A DNA stretch of 64,000 nt, taken from an uncultured Gammaproteobacteria bacterium. GTDB taxonomy: Bacteria; Pseudomonadota; Gammaproteobacteria; Arenicellales; Poriferihabitantaceae. The notes beneath the pieces are model-generated. The model searched no databases and was not told the DNA's origin. It worked only from the letters and a program-made list of their open reading frames with translations. A program made the translations under genes and the position numbers. The DNA lies in contig CALKKV010000007.1 of NCBI GenBank assembly GCA_937992195.1, positions 21,581-85,580 of the forward strand, in the 5' to 3' direction. Positions 20,979 to 30,329 of the stretch are shown here, piece after piece (position 1 is the stretch's first letter; every line of letters starts with the position of its first letter).

Positions 20979-21108
20979 TAGAGAGTTCGACACAGTTACT
21001 TTGAAGATTCAAGGCAACTGCGAGAAAACGAAATGATGTTGAGGGCGTAAGATAAGTTGATGCCCTCTACATGATACTTAACTGCTGGAACTAAAAAGAG
21101 AAATACCA

Positions 21109-22776
21109 ATGAGTGATATTGAGATCGCACGAAAGGCGACGATTAAACCTATCGGTGAAATTGCCAAGCGATTGGATATTCCAAACGAAGCGTTAGCACC
21201 ATTTGGACATACCAAAGCAAAAGTAAACCTTGAGTATATTGATACCTTAAAGGATAAGCCTGATGGCAAGCTGATTCTGGTCACAGCGATTACACCAACG
21301 CCCGCTGGCGAAGGTAAAACCACGACTTCAGTTGGATTAACCGATGGCCTAAATAAAATTGGCAAAGATGCGATGGTTTGCCTACGTGAACCTTCTCTAG
21401 GACCGTGTTTCGGAATGAAAGGTGGTGCCGCCGGTGGTGGTCATGCTCAGGTAATTCCTATGGAGGATATCAACCTTCACTTTACCGGAGACTTTCACGC
21501 AATCACATCTGCGCATAGTTTATTGTCTGCGCTAATCGACAATCATATATATTGGGGTAATGAGGCAGGAATTGATACTCGTCGTGTTGCCTGGAGAAGG
21601 GTGGTCGACATGAATGACCGCTCACTTCGTCAAATCACCAGCTCCCTTGGTGGTGTATCAAATGGTTTCGCTAGAGAAGATGGTTTCGATATCACAGTAG
21701 CTTCGGAAGTAATGGCTATTTTTTGTCTGTCTAAGGATCTCGAAGATCTGCAGCAGCGGCTGAGTAAAATTGTGATCGGATATACCCGTGATAGAAAACC
21801 AATTACTGCTGATGCGGTTTCTGCGCCGGGACCAATGACCGTGTTGTTAAAAGATGCACTTGCTCCGAATCTGGTGCAAACATTGGAACACAATCCTGCG
21901 TTTATTCATGGTGGACCGTTTGCCAATATAGCCCACGGCTGTAACTCTGTGATCGCAACGAAAACTGCGTTGAAGATGGCGGATTATGTGGTGACTGAAG
22001 CCGGTTTCGGCGCTGATTTGGGTGCGGAAAAATTTCTTGATATCAAGTGTCGGAGCGCTGGTTTAGCGCCTGATGCTGTTGTGATCGTTGCCACGGTGCG
22101 TGCCTTGAAAATGCATGGCGGTGTGGGCAAAGACGATTTAGGAAACGAAAACGTTCAAGCGGTGAAAGACGGTTGCGTAAATCTACAAAGACATGTTGAA
22201 AATGTAAAGTCATTTGGGGTGCCTGTGGTCGTTGCAATCAACCGCTTTAGCGCTGACACCGACGCTGAAATGGCCGCGGTTAGAGAAGTTGCTGACGGCC
22301 TTGGCGTTAAGGCAATTGACGCAACCCATTGGGCAGATGGTGGTAATGGCACAACCGAGCTTGCCGAGCATGTTGCTGGTTTGGCTGACAGTGGCGAAGG
22401 TGACTTTTCGCATCTCTATCCATCGGAAATGCCGCTTTGGGAAAAGATTGAAACCATTGCAACCAAGATATATCGCGCAGACGGTATTGCGGCGGATCAG
22501 AAAACAAAAAATCAGATCAAAGATTTGCAGGATGGTGGCTTTGGTAATCTGCCTGTTTGTATTGCCAAGACGCAATATAGTTTTTCTGATGACCCAAGCA
22601 AAAAAGGTGCACCTACGGGACATACTTTACCGGTTCGAGAAGTCAGATTGTCAGCGGGAGCGGGTTTTATTGTTGCCGTGTGCGGCGACATTATGACAAT
22701 GCCTGGTTTACCTCGGGTGCCTGCAGCAAACAGTATTCGTATGAACGATGCTGGACAAGTTGAAGGGTTGTTCTAA
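21109..22776 (+). CDS. fhs: formate-tetrahydrofolate ligase (10-formyl-THF synthetase)
   Basis: 555 aa. [16 protein letters not shown]-loop, [34 protein letters not shown]. Confidence 0.96.
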   Translation: MSDIEIARKATIKPIGEIAKRLDIPNEALAPFGHTKAKVNLEYIDTLKDKPDGKLILVTAITPTPAGEGKTTTSVGLTDGLNKIGKDAMVCLREPSLGPCFGMKGGAAGGGHAQVIPMEDINLHFTGDFHAITSAHSLLSALIDNHIYWGNEAGIDTRRVAWRRVVDMNDRSLRQITSSLGGVSNGFAREDGFDITVASEVMAIFCLSKDLEDLQQRLSKIVIGYTRDRKPITADAVSAPGPMTVLLKDALAPNLVQTLEHNPAFIHGGPFANIAHGCNSVIATKTALKMADYVVTEAGFGADLGAEKFLDIKCRSAGLAPDAVVIVATVRALKMHGGVGKDDLGNENVQAVKDGCVNLQRHVENVKSFGVPVVVAINRFSADTDAEMAAVREVADGLGVKAIDATHWADGGNGTTELAEHVAGLADSGEGDFSHLYPSEMPLWEKIETIATKIYRADGIAADQKTKNQIKDLQDGGFGNLPVCIAKTQYSFSDDPSKKGAPTGHTLPVREVRLSAGAGFIVAVCGDIMTMPGLPRVPAANSIRMNDAGQVEGLF

Positions 22777-22824
22777 ACCCCAAAACATATTAGCCTGAGC
22801 CCTCATTTATGATGAGCGGTAAAG

Positions 22825-23688
22825 ATGTCGATTCATGCTATTTTGGTCCCCACCGATGGTGGGGACTCACTTCCTAATTTACTCGAAGCGGCGCTGGTCG
22901 TAGCGCGACGTTTCGAAGCACATATCTCGGTTCTGCTGGTTTCTGAGCGGAAAATCAAAAAATCCGCGACCAAAGAGATTTCTAAAGAGCTGCGCAAGAA
23001 CCTGATCGATGAGGAAATGAGTATTCTCACCGGAGTGGCTTCCGAAACAGAGCAGCTAGTGGAAGCGTTTTCCAAACGTCGACGAATTGAATTGACAGAC
23101 CGTCCGATGAAGCAATCTGGCGTAAGTATTTCCTTTCACCATGAAAGGGGAAAGGCGACAGAAATTATGGTTCACTGGTCTAGGATGTTTGACACTACGG
23201 CGGTCATGCGACCAACCTTTAAAAGCGGTTTAGGTTGGCGCAAGGCAAGCAAGCGCTATCATGAATCTATCATGATGCAATCCGGTAGGCCGGTACTCTT
23301 GGTTCCTCCGAAATGGGACGTGCATAAAGCGCAACATGCTGTAGTTGCATGGAATCACAGTTTGGAAGCATCTCGAGCTGTTGCGATGACTTATCCTTGG
23401 CTGGTCCAAATGAAAAAAGTGACTTTAGTCGTTCCCAAAGCTTCTTTGGCCGATGGAGAAAAACTGGTTGAGAATCTGGCATGGAATGGTGCCAACGCAG
23501 AATTAATGCCACTCAACAGACGAACTTCTTCTGTTGGAAGAAGGTTGCTAAAGATCTGTGACAACATTGGTGCTGACTTTCTTGTTATGGGGGGATATAG
23601 CCATTCAAGAGTAAAAGAACGGGTTTTTGGCGGCACCACGGAATACGTGCTGCAAAACAGTCAGATTATCACTGTCATGGTGCATTGA
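22825..23688 (+). CDS. universal stress protein, tandem USP domains
   Basis: 287 aa. ILVPTDGGD at the N-terminus, a second USP repeat beginning HAVVAWNHS, and ADFLVMGGYSHSRVKERVFGGTTEYVL (USP ATP-binding G-2x-G-9x-G[ST]) at the C-terminus. Confidence 0.8.
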   Translation: MSIHAILVPTDGGDSLPNLLEAALVVARRFEAHISVLLVSERKIKKSATKEISKELRKNLIDEEMSILTGVASETEQLVEAFSKRRRIELTDRPMKQSGVSISFHHERGKATEIMVHWSRMFDTTAVMRPTFKSGLGWRKASKRYHESIMMQSGRPVLLVPPKWDVHKAQHAVVAWNHSLEASRAVAMTYPWLVQMKKVTLVVPKASLADGEKLVENLAWNGANAELMPLNRRTSSVGRRLLKICDNIGADFLVMGGYSHSRVKERVFGGTTEYVLQNSQIITVMVH

Positions 23689-23817
23689 TGCGCCAATACT
23701 GTGCCGCTGGATATAGTATTCAACTAATTAATGGTTGGTATAGTTTTTTCAGTTGGTGCGGAGGTTGTTTCGATTTCGCGCAGGATTAAAATATCGCTAT
23801 TTTATTAGGATTTCTGA

Positions 23818-24822
23818 ATGAAGATCTGTGTTGTCGGCGCCGGCGCAATCGGTGGCTTTATGGGGGCGCGTTTAGCCCAGTATGATCATGAAGTATCATT
23901 AATCGCAAGAGGACCGCATCTTGCCGCGATTAAAGCAAATGGTCTCAGGCTAGTGCAGGATGGCGAGGAGATTGTCGCTAAAAATGTTGTTGCCACCGAT
24001 GATATTGCCGAGCTGGGTGTTCAGGACGTCGTATTGATGGCGTTGAAGTCTCACCAAATACACGCTGTCTTGGACAAATTACCCAATATAATTGGCCCTG
24101 AGACCGTAATGGTAACTTTGCAAAATGGAATTCCCTGGTGGTATTTCCAAAAGCTGTCGGGCGACTACGAGAATAGAATTGTAGAGACATCGGATCCTGG
24201 TGGTGTACTTGCAAAAACGATCAATCCTGATTGTTTGATTGGCTGTATCGCCTATCCGGCGGCAACGATTTCTGAGCCCGGTGTTATCCAGCATATTGAG
24301 GGCGTACGGTTTCCCATTGGAGAGTTAGATGGTAGTCAGTCCGCTAGAGCCCAAAAAATTGCAGAAGCGTTTGTAGAAGCTGGATTCAAGTCTCCGGTAT
24401 TGGATGACATTCGTTCCGAGATCTGGCTCAAATTATGGGGCAATCTAACCTTTAACCCGATTAGTGCAATGACTCACGCAACACTGGAGGCAATCTGTCA
24501 ATTTCCACTAACTCGCGAAACCGCAGCGACCATGATGAGCGAAGCACAACAGGTCGCTGAACAGCTGGGTGCCAGCTTTCGGGTGTCATTGGAACGGCGG
24601 ATTGAGGGTGCCGAAAAAGTCGGGAAACATAAGACTTCAATGTTGCAAGACGTTGAAGCGGGTAAACCGCTGGAAATTGATGGAATGCTTGGCGTTGTGA
24701 TTGAGCTTGCTGATATGACTGCGATCCCTGTTCCAACTCTGAAGGCGGTATATGCCTGTGTATCTCTGTTAAACCATACAATGGCTGAGCAAGGTATACG
24801 CATAGAAGGCACTACTGTTTAG
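23818..24822 (+). CDS. ketopantoate reductase (PanE/ApbA) family oxidoreductase; physiological substrate uncertain
   Basis: 334 aa. N-terminal Rossmann MKICVVGAGAIGG, LQNGI, and KTSMLQD in the C-terminal ApbA domain. Only 24 bp separate it from aceK. Confidence 0.8.
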   Translation: MKICVVGAGAIGGFMGARLAQYDHEVSLIARGPHLAAIKANGLRLVQDGEEIVAKNVVATDDIAELGVQDVVLMALKSHQIHAVLDKLPNIIGPETVMVTLQNGIPWWYFQKLSGDYENRIVETSDPGGVLAKTINPDCLIGCIAYPAATISEPGVIQHIEGVRFPIGELDGSQSARAQKIAEAFVEAGFKSPVLDDIRSEIWLKLWGNLTFNPISAMTHATLEAICQFPLTRETAATMMSEAQQVAEQLGASFRVSLERRIEGAEKVGKHKTSMLQDVEAGKPLEIDGMLGVVIELADMTAIPVPTLKAVYACVSLLNHTMAEQGIRIEGTTV

Positions 24823-24846
24823 TTTGCTGTTTGTTGAAGACTCGTT

Positions 24847-26583
24847 ATGCCAAATAATGAAGTCAAAATAGCAGAGGAAGCCGGCAGCGCCGCTAAGTTG
24901 GTCCATGACCAGTTTATGCGGTTCTATCAAGAGTTTCGGCAGATACCGGATCAAGCCAAGCTCGCATTTGAAAGTCGAGATCATCAAGAATCTCTTAACC
25001 TGAGCAGCCGGCGCCTGCGTTTATATAGTATTAGCATTCGCGCAGTAGGTGAGCAAATCAAAAAGCAGCTCACTTGTCTCAGTGATTCCGAGGCCCATTG
25101 GCAGCTGGTCGAATCGCAATATCGAGATAGTGTTGCGAATGAGTACTTTGCTGACCTCTCTATGGCGTATTTACACTCGATTCGACGAAAAATCTATCAA
25201 GGAGAGTGGCGAGCCGAGGATTACACGTTATATAGAAGTAAGTACCAAACCGATAGCGATTTCCAGGATGATGTTGACCGTTATCCGGTTACGAGAACAG
25301 AGTTATCAAGTGCGACAGAAAAAATTCTTGAAGCAGCAGGATTCAATATTCCTTATGAAAACTTGCATAGAGATATTGGGAAACTTGCGGAACGCGCGCA
25401 GAGGAATCTCGGCGGCAGAGCCGACGTGGAAAGCGATTTTGAAATTGAGATGTTTCGTGCAATTTTTTTTCGCAATCGCGGTGCGTATTTAGTTGGTCGT
25501 GCAGTATTTCGTTCCGGGAGAATTCAACCCCTGATTATTGCACTGTTAAATGGTGAAGATGGAATCTACGTAGACGCTTTAATTACCAGCAGAACCTACG
25601 CTCACAATATGTTCAGCTCGACCTTGGCGAACTTCCATGTGACGAATGAACATTACCATGAGCTTTGTCGCTTCTTGCGCAGCATTATGCCTTCCAGGCC
25701 GTTGGGGTTACATTATTCTACTGTGGGGTATAACCATCTAGGGAAGGTTGCCGTGATGAACGAAATGGAAGAAGAGTGGGAGAAGTTTGGTGACACGATG
25801 TCGGTTGCTCCCGGCACTCCCGGAACCGTTGCCATAGGATTCTGCATGCCTGACTCAGCTTATGTTTTAAAAGTAGTCAGAGATAAACCTACCGAAGGAT
25901 ATAAATGGGGAGAGTTTAGTGGCGTAGAGTCTGTCTTAAGAAAGTATAACCAGGTGCATGAAATCAATCGTACGGACAGTATGTTGGATAGCATTGTCTA
26001 CTACAATTTTCGATTACGCCTTGACTGGTTTACAGATGATTTGAAAGAGCAGTTGTTGGATCAGGCTGGTGGTAGCGTTCGGGTCGACAATCAAGATCTT
26101 GTATTCAAATACTTGATCGTGCAAAGAAAGCTAACACCACTACCAATTTATCTCGAGACGGCGAGTGAAAAACAACAGCAAACAGTAATGGTGAATCTTG
26201 GATACTGCATTCGCAATAATGCGGCAGGAAATATTTTTAACCGAGATCTTGATGCGCGGAACTATGGCGTGTCGTCCATGAGTAAAGTGTATCTATTTGA
26301 CTATGATGCAATCGAACCATTGACCGAGATAAAAGTCAGAACCAACCTTGATCGTATTGATGGTGAAGAAGATATACCTGACTGGTATTTCGAAGATGGC
26401 GTCATTTTTCTTCCAGAAGAGCTGACTACTGGACTCTGTTTGCCGTTTCGTGAGTTACGAAGATTGTTTTCGGACGAACACAAGCAGTTACATACCGTGG
26501 ATTATTGGGAATCTATCCAGAAAGACTTGAATAATAATATTGTGCCATCGGTGAGTGTTTATCCCGATAGCGAAAGGCTGTGA
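24847..26583 (+). CDS. aceK: isocitrate dehydrogenase kinase/phosphatase
   Basis: 578 aa, colinear with E. coli AceK. Examples: FFRNRGAYLVGR vs FYRNKAAWLVGK, the kinase region VLKVVRDK, NIFNRDLDARNYGV, and VYLFDYDAI vs VVFYDYDEI. Confidence 0.92.
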   Translation: MPNNEVKIAEEAGSAAKLVHDQFMRFYQEFRQIPDQAKLAFESRDHQESLNLSSRRLRLYSISIRAVGEQIKKQLTCLSDSEAHWQLVESQYRDSVANEYFADLSMAYLHSIRRKIYQGEWRAEDYTLYRSKYQTDSDFQDDVDRYPVTRTELSSATEKILEAAGFNIPYENLHRDIGKLAERAQRNLGGRADVESDFEIEMFRAIFFRNRGAYLVGRAVFRSGRIQPLIIALLNGEDGIYVDALITSRTYAHNMFSSTLANFHVTNEHYHELCRFLRSIMPSRPLGLHYSTVGYNHLGKVAVMNEMEEEWEKFGDTMSVAPGTPGTVAIGFCMPDSAYVLKVVRDKPTEGYKWGEFSGVESVLRKYNQVHEINRTDSMLDSIVYYNFRLRLDWFTDDLKEQLLDQAGGSVRVDNQDLVFKYLIVQRKLTPLPIYLETASEKQQQTVMVNLGYCIRNNAAGNIFNRDLDARNYGVSSMSKVYLFDYDAIEPLTEIKVRTNLDRIDGEEDIPDWYFEDGVIFLPEELTTGLCLPFRELRRLFSDEHKQLHTVDYWESIQKDLNNNIVPSVSVYPDSERL

Positions 26584-26621
26584 GAGGCTGAAATAAAATA
26601 CTGCTTATGCGTTTTTTCAGT

Positions 26622-26993
26622 TTACAGAGATGCCGTCACGACCGGCCACTCAAAAAATACTTTTTGCGTCAAAAAATAAACAACTAAAACCTGAGCAAGC
26701 ATTAACGTGGTTCCAGAAAAACGTATGATTTGCATCGTGCTCTCATTCATCTCGCTATTATTCTTTGCCAGCAAACGATAACAGAATACTTGATGTATCT
26801 TCGCTAGTAGCCAGCCAAATAAATTTGAAATAACTAGGCCTAAGGCGATAAAAGTAATTCCCCTAGACGAGAGGATTAACGAGAGTTGTTGTTCGCTCCA
26901 AAAAAGGAATGCCGAGCAGCCAATAAATATCATGCCTGAAAAGTTAATGCGCAACCCCTTGGGAATAGGGAGCCTTGCTTTAAGTGGATTCAT
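26622..26993 (-). CDS. hypothetical small membrane protein (3-4 TM)
   Basis: 123 aa, hydrophobic. Its start codon directly abuts the stop of the upstream FAH-family gene (26994), which suggests translational coupling. I recognise no family. Confidence 0.5.
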   Translation of the reverse strand: MNPLKARLPIPKGLRINFSGMIFIGCSAFLFWSEQQLSLILSSRGITFIALGLVISNLFGWLLAKIHQVFCYRLLAKNNSEMNESTMQIIRFSGTTLMLAQVLVVYFLTQKVFFEWPVVTASL

Positions 26994-27779
26994 TTAGCTG
27001 TCGATGAAAACATTCTCTAAAGTACCAACGCCATCTATCTCTATGCGCACAGTCCAACCGTCTTTCATTGCGCCAGCGCCCACAGAAGTGCCGCAAGCAA
27101 TCACGTCGCCAGGATAGAGCGTCATATCATGAGAAATCTTACTGACGATTTCATAGGGTTTGAAAAACATATCGCTGACAGGATAATTTTGTCTTTCTTG
27201 TTCCTGATCATTTCCACACATATAGGTGCGTATAGATAGTGCATCTGGCTCGATATCGGTTGTAATGCCCGGTCCAAATACCCCAAATCCATCAAACCCC
27301 TTTGCTCTGGTCCAATGGGCAAAGTCATCTTCGTTGAACAAGTACTCGAGTGCGGTGACATCGTTGATGCAGGTGTATCCGAAAATAGAGTCGGCCACGT
27401 TGTCTAAACTCATGTTTTTACATTCCTTGCCAATGACAATACCAAGCTCTCCCTCGAAAAGAATTTTGCCTTCGCAAATTTCGGGTTTATAGATGTTGCT
27501 GTTTGCAGGTGCGTAGCTATTTGGCGTTTTCACGAAATACCAAGGGTGTTCCGGTTTTGGCAAACCTGATTTTTCAGCAGTCGCAGTAAAGTTATTCCAG
27601 AGTGCAAGGAACTTAGAAGGCGAACACGGGGTAAGTAGCGTCACGTCCGCGTAGTTAACAGATTCATTGGTAGCTTGATTTTCACCGAAGATATCACCTT
27701 CATAAATCTCGATAACATCTTGATTTAGAATACCTATTTTTGTTTTTCTGTTGTGCTCAAATCGAATCCAGGTGCGCAT
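26994..27779 (-). CDS. fumarylacetoacetate hydrolase (FAH) family protein
   Basis: 261 aa. EGELGIVIGK, YTCINDVTA, AKGFDGF and PGDVIACGT are FAH-fold metal and substrate blocks. Confidence 0.8.
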   Translation of the reverse strand: MRTWIRFEHNRKTKIGILNQDVIEIYEGDIFGENQATNESVNYADVTLLTPCSPSKFLALWNNFTATAEKSGLPKPEHPWYFVKTPNSYAPANSNIYKPEICEGKILFEGELGIVIGKECKNMSLDNVADSIFGYTCINDVTALEYLFNEDDFAHWTRAKGFDGFGVFGPGITTDIEPDALSIRTYMCGNDQEQERQNYPVSDMFFKPYEIVSKISHDMTLYPGDVIACGTSVGAGAMKDGWTVRIEIDGVGTLENVFIDS

Positions 27780-27856
27780 TTTCTATTGCCTTTGTAGTTC
27801 AAATAATAGGGAAGAGGCTACCAGCTGCTCTCGCTGGTTAACAGCCATATTATCAA

Positions 27857-27878
27857 TTTTGGTATACAATATACAAAA
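27857..27878. promoter_or_regulatory. operator-like element TTTTGGTATACAATATACAAAA in the FAH/sucC divergent intergenic region
   Basis: It contains the same 15-mer, GTATACAATATACAA, as the site at 16156-16170. The imperfect inverted arms are TTTTGGTATA/TATACAAAA. It lies 78 bp upstream of the FAH gene start and 185 bp upstream of sucC. Confidence 0.55.
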
Positions 27879-28062
27879 TTCTAAACACAGGCCTTCCTGG
27901 TTCTTCGTAATCAAATTTATAAAAACTGTAATCACGATAAAACCGACTCTATAGCAACTCTTGCTGTGATATCTTCCATCCGCAGCAAGGCGTTTTGACC
28001 CAACAAATAATTGAGTTTGAGCCGTCTTTTGAGCGTAATAAATAGTTAAAAATTGGAAATCT

Positions 28063-29232
28063 ATGAATATTCATGAATATCAAGCCAAGCAGCTATTAGG
28101 CGAGTTTGGTGTAGCAGTTCCTCGGGGCAAGGTAGCCTTTAGCGTCGATGATGCAGTTTCTGCCGCAGAGGAGCTAGGTGGCTCAATTTGGGTTGTCAAA
28201 GCACAAATACACGCCGGTGGTCGGGGCAAGGGCGGTGGCGTAAAAGTGGTGGACTCAATGGATAAATTGAAATCTACCGCTGAGGAGATCTTAGGTATGC
28301 AGCTAGTGACCCACCAGACGGGTCCAGCTGGGCAGGAAGTTAAGCGTATCTATATTGAAGAGGGGTGCGATATCGCGAGAGAGCTATATCTTGGTTTATT
28401 GATTGATCGAGCGACCAGTCGTGTAACGATTATTGCTTCTACAGAAGGCGGTATGGATATCGAGGAAGTTGCGGCGAATACCCCTGAGAAAATCATTACC
28501 GTAGTGATTGATCCGGCAATAGGTCTTCAGTCTTTCCATGCAAGGCGACTTGCCTTCGGTCTGGGTCTTGAGGGCGCACAGGTGAAGTCAGCAGTAAAGT
28601 TTTTAACGGCGATGTATAGGTCATTTATGGATCTAGATGCCAGTATGGTAGAGATCAATCCGTTGGTTGTGAAAGGTGACGGTGACCTGATTGCACTGGA
28701 TGCAAAAATGAACTTCGATAGCAATGCGCTTTACCGTCATCCGAATGTCGAAGAATTACGAGATGAGGACGAAGAAGATCCAGCGGAATTAGAAGCGGCG
28801 AGTCATGAGCTGAATTATATAAAGCTGGATGGTTCAATTGGTTGCATGGTCAACGGTGCTGGCCTTGCGATGGCAACTATGGACATTATTCAGCTTTATG
28901 GAAGTTCTCCGGCAAACTTCCTAGACGTCGGTGGTGGAGCAACCACAGAACGAGTGACTGCGGCATTCAAAATTATTCTTTCTGATGACAATGTTAAAGG
29001 TATTTTGGTAAACATATTTGGCGGTATTATGAAATGTGATGTCATCGCTGAGGGCATTGTCGCAGCGGCAAAACAGGTTGAGCTGGATGTGCCGTTGGTT
29101 GTGCGTTTAGAAGGAACCAATGTCGATCTTGGTAAGAAGATTCTGGCGGATTCGGGGCTTCCGATTCTGTCCGCAGATAATCTGGCAGATGCTGCCGAAA
29201 AGGCAGTAAAAGCTGTCAAGGAGGCTGCGTAA
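28063..29232 (+). CDS. sucC: succinate-CoA ligase (ADP-forming) beta subunit
   Basis: 389 aa. [72 protein letters not shown]. Confidence 0.9.
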   Translation: MNIHEYQAKQLLGEFGVAVPRGKVAFSVDDAVSAAEELGGSIWVVKAQIHAGGRGKGGGVKVVDSMDKLKSTAEEILGMQLVTHQTGPAGQEVKRIYIEEGCDIARELYLGLLIDRATSRVTIIASTEGGMDIEEVAANTPEKIITVVIDPAIGLQSFHARRLAFGLGLEGAQVKSAVKFLTAMYRSFMDLDASMVEINPLVVKGDGDLIALDAKMNFDSNALYRHPNVEELRDEDEEDPAELEAASHELNYIKLDGSIGCMVNGAGLAMATMDIIQLYGSSPANFLDVGGGATTERVTAAFKIILSDDNVKGILVNIFGGIMKCDVIAEGIVAAAKQVELDVPLVVRLEGTNVDLGKKILADSGLPILSADNLADAAEKAVKAVKEAA

Positions 29233-30104
29233 TGGCTGTTTTAATCGATAAAAATACCAAGGTAATCTGCCAGGGTTTCACTGGTTCAACCGCGACTTTT
29301 CACAGCGAACAAGCGATTGAATACGGTACCAAGATGGTGGGTGGGGTTGTTCCCGGAAAGGGGGGCATGACCCATCTTGGTCTTCCAGTTTTTGACACAG
29401 TGGTAGGGGCTAAAGAAAAAACAGAAGCAAATGCTTCGGTCATTTATGTGCCGCCGCCATTCGCGACAGACGCGATCATGGAAGCCATCGATGCAGAAAT
29501 TGAGCTGATCGTTTGCATTACAGAAGGCGTTCCGGTTCTGGATATGGTGAAGGTAAAACGGATGCTTGAAGGTAGCAACAGTCGTCTGGTTGGACCCAAC
29601 TGTCCCGGTGTGATTACGCCAGACGCCTGCAAGATTGGAATTATGCCTGGGCATATCCACAAGAAAGGTAACGTAGGGATCGTTTCTCGGTCCGGCACCC
29701 TTACATACGAAGCAGTAGCGCAAACTACCGCGGCCGGAATGGGTCAAAGTACTTGTATTGGCATTGGTGGTGACCCGGTCAATGGCACCAACTTTATTGA
29801 CTGTCTTGAGATGTTTTTGGGAGACGATGAAACCGAGTCCATCATTATGATTGGTGAAATCGGCGGCACTGCAGAAGAAGAAGCTGCGGAATTCATCAAA
29901 CAAAACAAAGTAAAGAAACCGATGTGTGGTTTTATTGCCGGTGTGACCGCGCCTCCGGGGCGGCGTATGGGGCACGCTGGTGCAATTATTGCAGGCGGCA
30001 AGGGAAGCGCAGGCGATAAAATCGAGGCGATGCAGTCTGCCGGCATTCAGGTTGCGGATTCACCTGCTTCTTTAGGAACTACACTAAAGAAGGCATTGTC
30101 GTAA
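29232..30104 (+). CDS. sucD: succinate-CoA ligase alpha subunit
   Basis: 290 aa. [34 protein letters not shown] and the phosphohistidine loop MGHAGAII. The ATG overlaps the sucC stop. Confidence 0.92.
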   Translation: MAVLIDKNTKVICQGFTGSTATFHSEQAIEYGTKMVGGVVPGKGGMTHLGLPVFDTVVGAKEKTEANASVIYVPPPFATDAIMEAIDAEIELIVCITEGVPVLDMVKVKRMLEGSNSRLVGPNCPGVITPDACKIGIMPGHIHKKGNVGIVSRSGTLTYEAVAQTTAAGMGQSTCIGIGGDPVNGTNFIDCLEMFLGDDETESIIMIGEIGGTAEEEAAEFIKQNKVKKPMCGFIAGVTAPPGRRMGHAGAIIAGGKGSAGDKIEAMQSAGIQVADSPASLGTTLKKALS

Positions 30105-30124
30105 GTTTGAAAAGTTAAATGGCG

Positions 30125-30158
30125 AAGGCAATCTCGGGTGTCTAACAGGGATTGCCTT
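30125..30158 (+). terminator. stem-loop after sucD (weak intrinsic terminator candidate)
   Basis: AAGGCAATC (30125-30133) pairs with GATTGCCTT (30150-30158) around a 16-nt loop. Only a short T run follows. Confidence 0.35.
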
Positions 30159-30329
30159 TGTCCGTTAATGATGACGCTTTTTCATGTACTTTGAGTTCCG
30201 TCGGTAGAACGACAATTCAAGACGTATAGAAAAGCGAACAAGGTCGATTCGTGGGTTAAAACGTGTCGTCTAATACCCCCCGCTTGTTTGTTAGCGGGGA
30301 AATAACTAATCGTTACAGGATATCTCTCA

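Noticed and set aside
21035-21070. Stem-loop (TGTTGAGGGC-n15-GCCCTCTACA) upstream of fhs as a possible THF riboswitch
   Set aside because: A single simple hairpin is far too small for the known THF riboswitch architectures. It is more likely a partial terminator or processing site between the formyltransferase-like gene and fhs.
29286-29975. 229-aa ORF antisense to sucD
   Set aside because: It is a shadow ORF inside a highly conserved gene with unmistakable SucD motifs on the plus strand. Its composition is not protein-like.
28063-30104. sucCD might be malate thiokinase (mtkAB) of a serine-cycle-type pathway
   Set aside because: The beta subunit blocks I can compare ([30 protein letters not shown]) look like SucC rather than the MtkA sequence I recall (NIFAGINRCDWVAEG). 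No serine-cycle genes (sga, hpr, mcl) are in the window. It is kept as SucCD, with the context noted in the findings.
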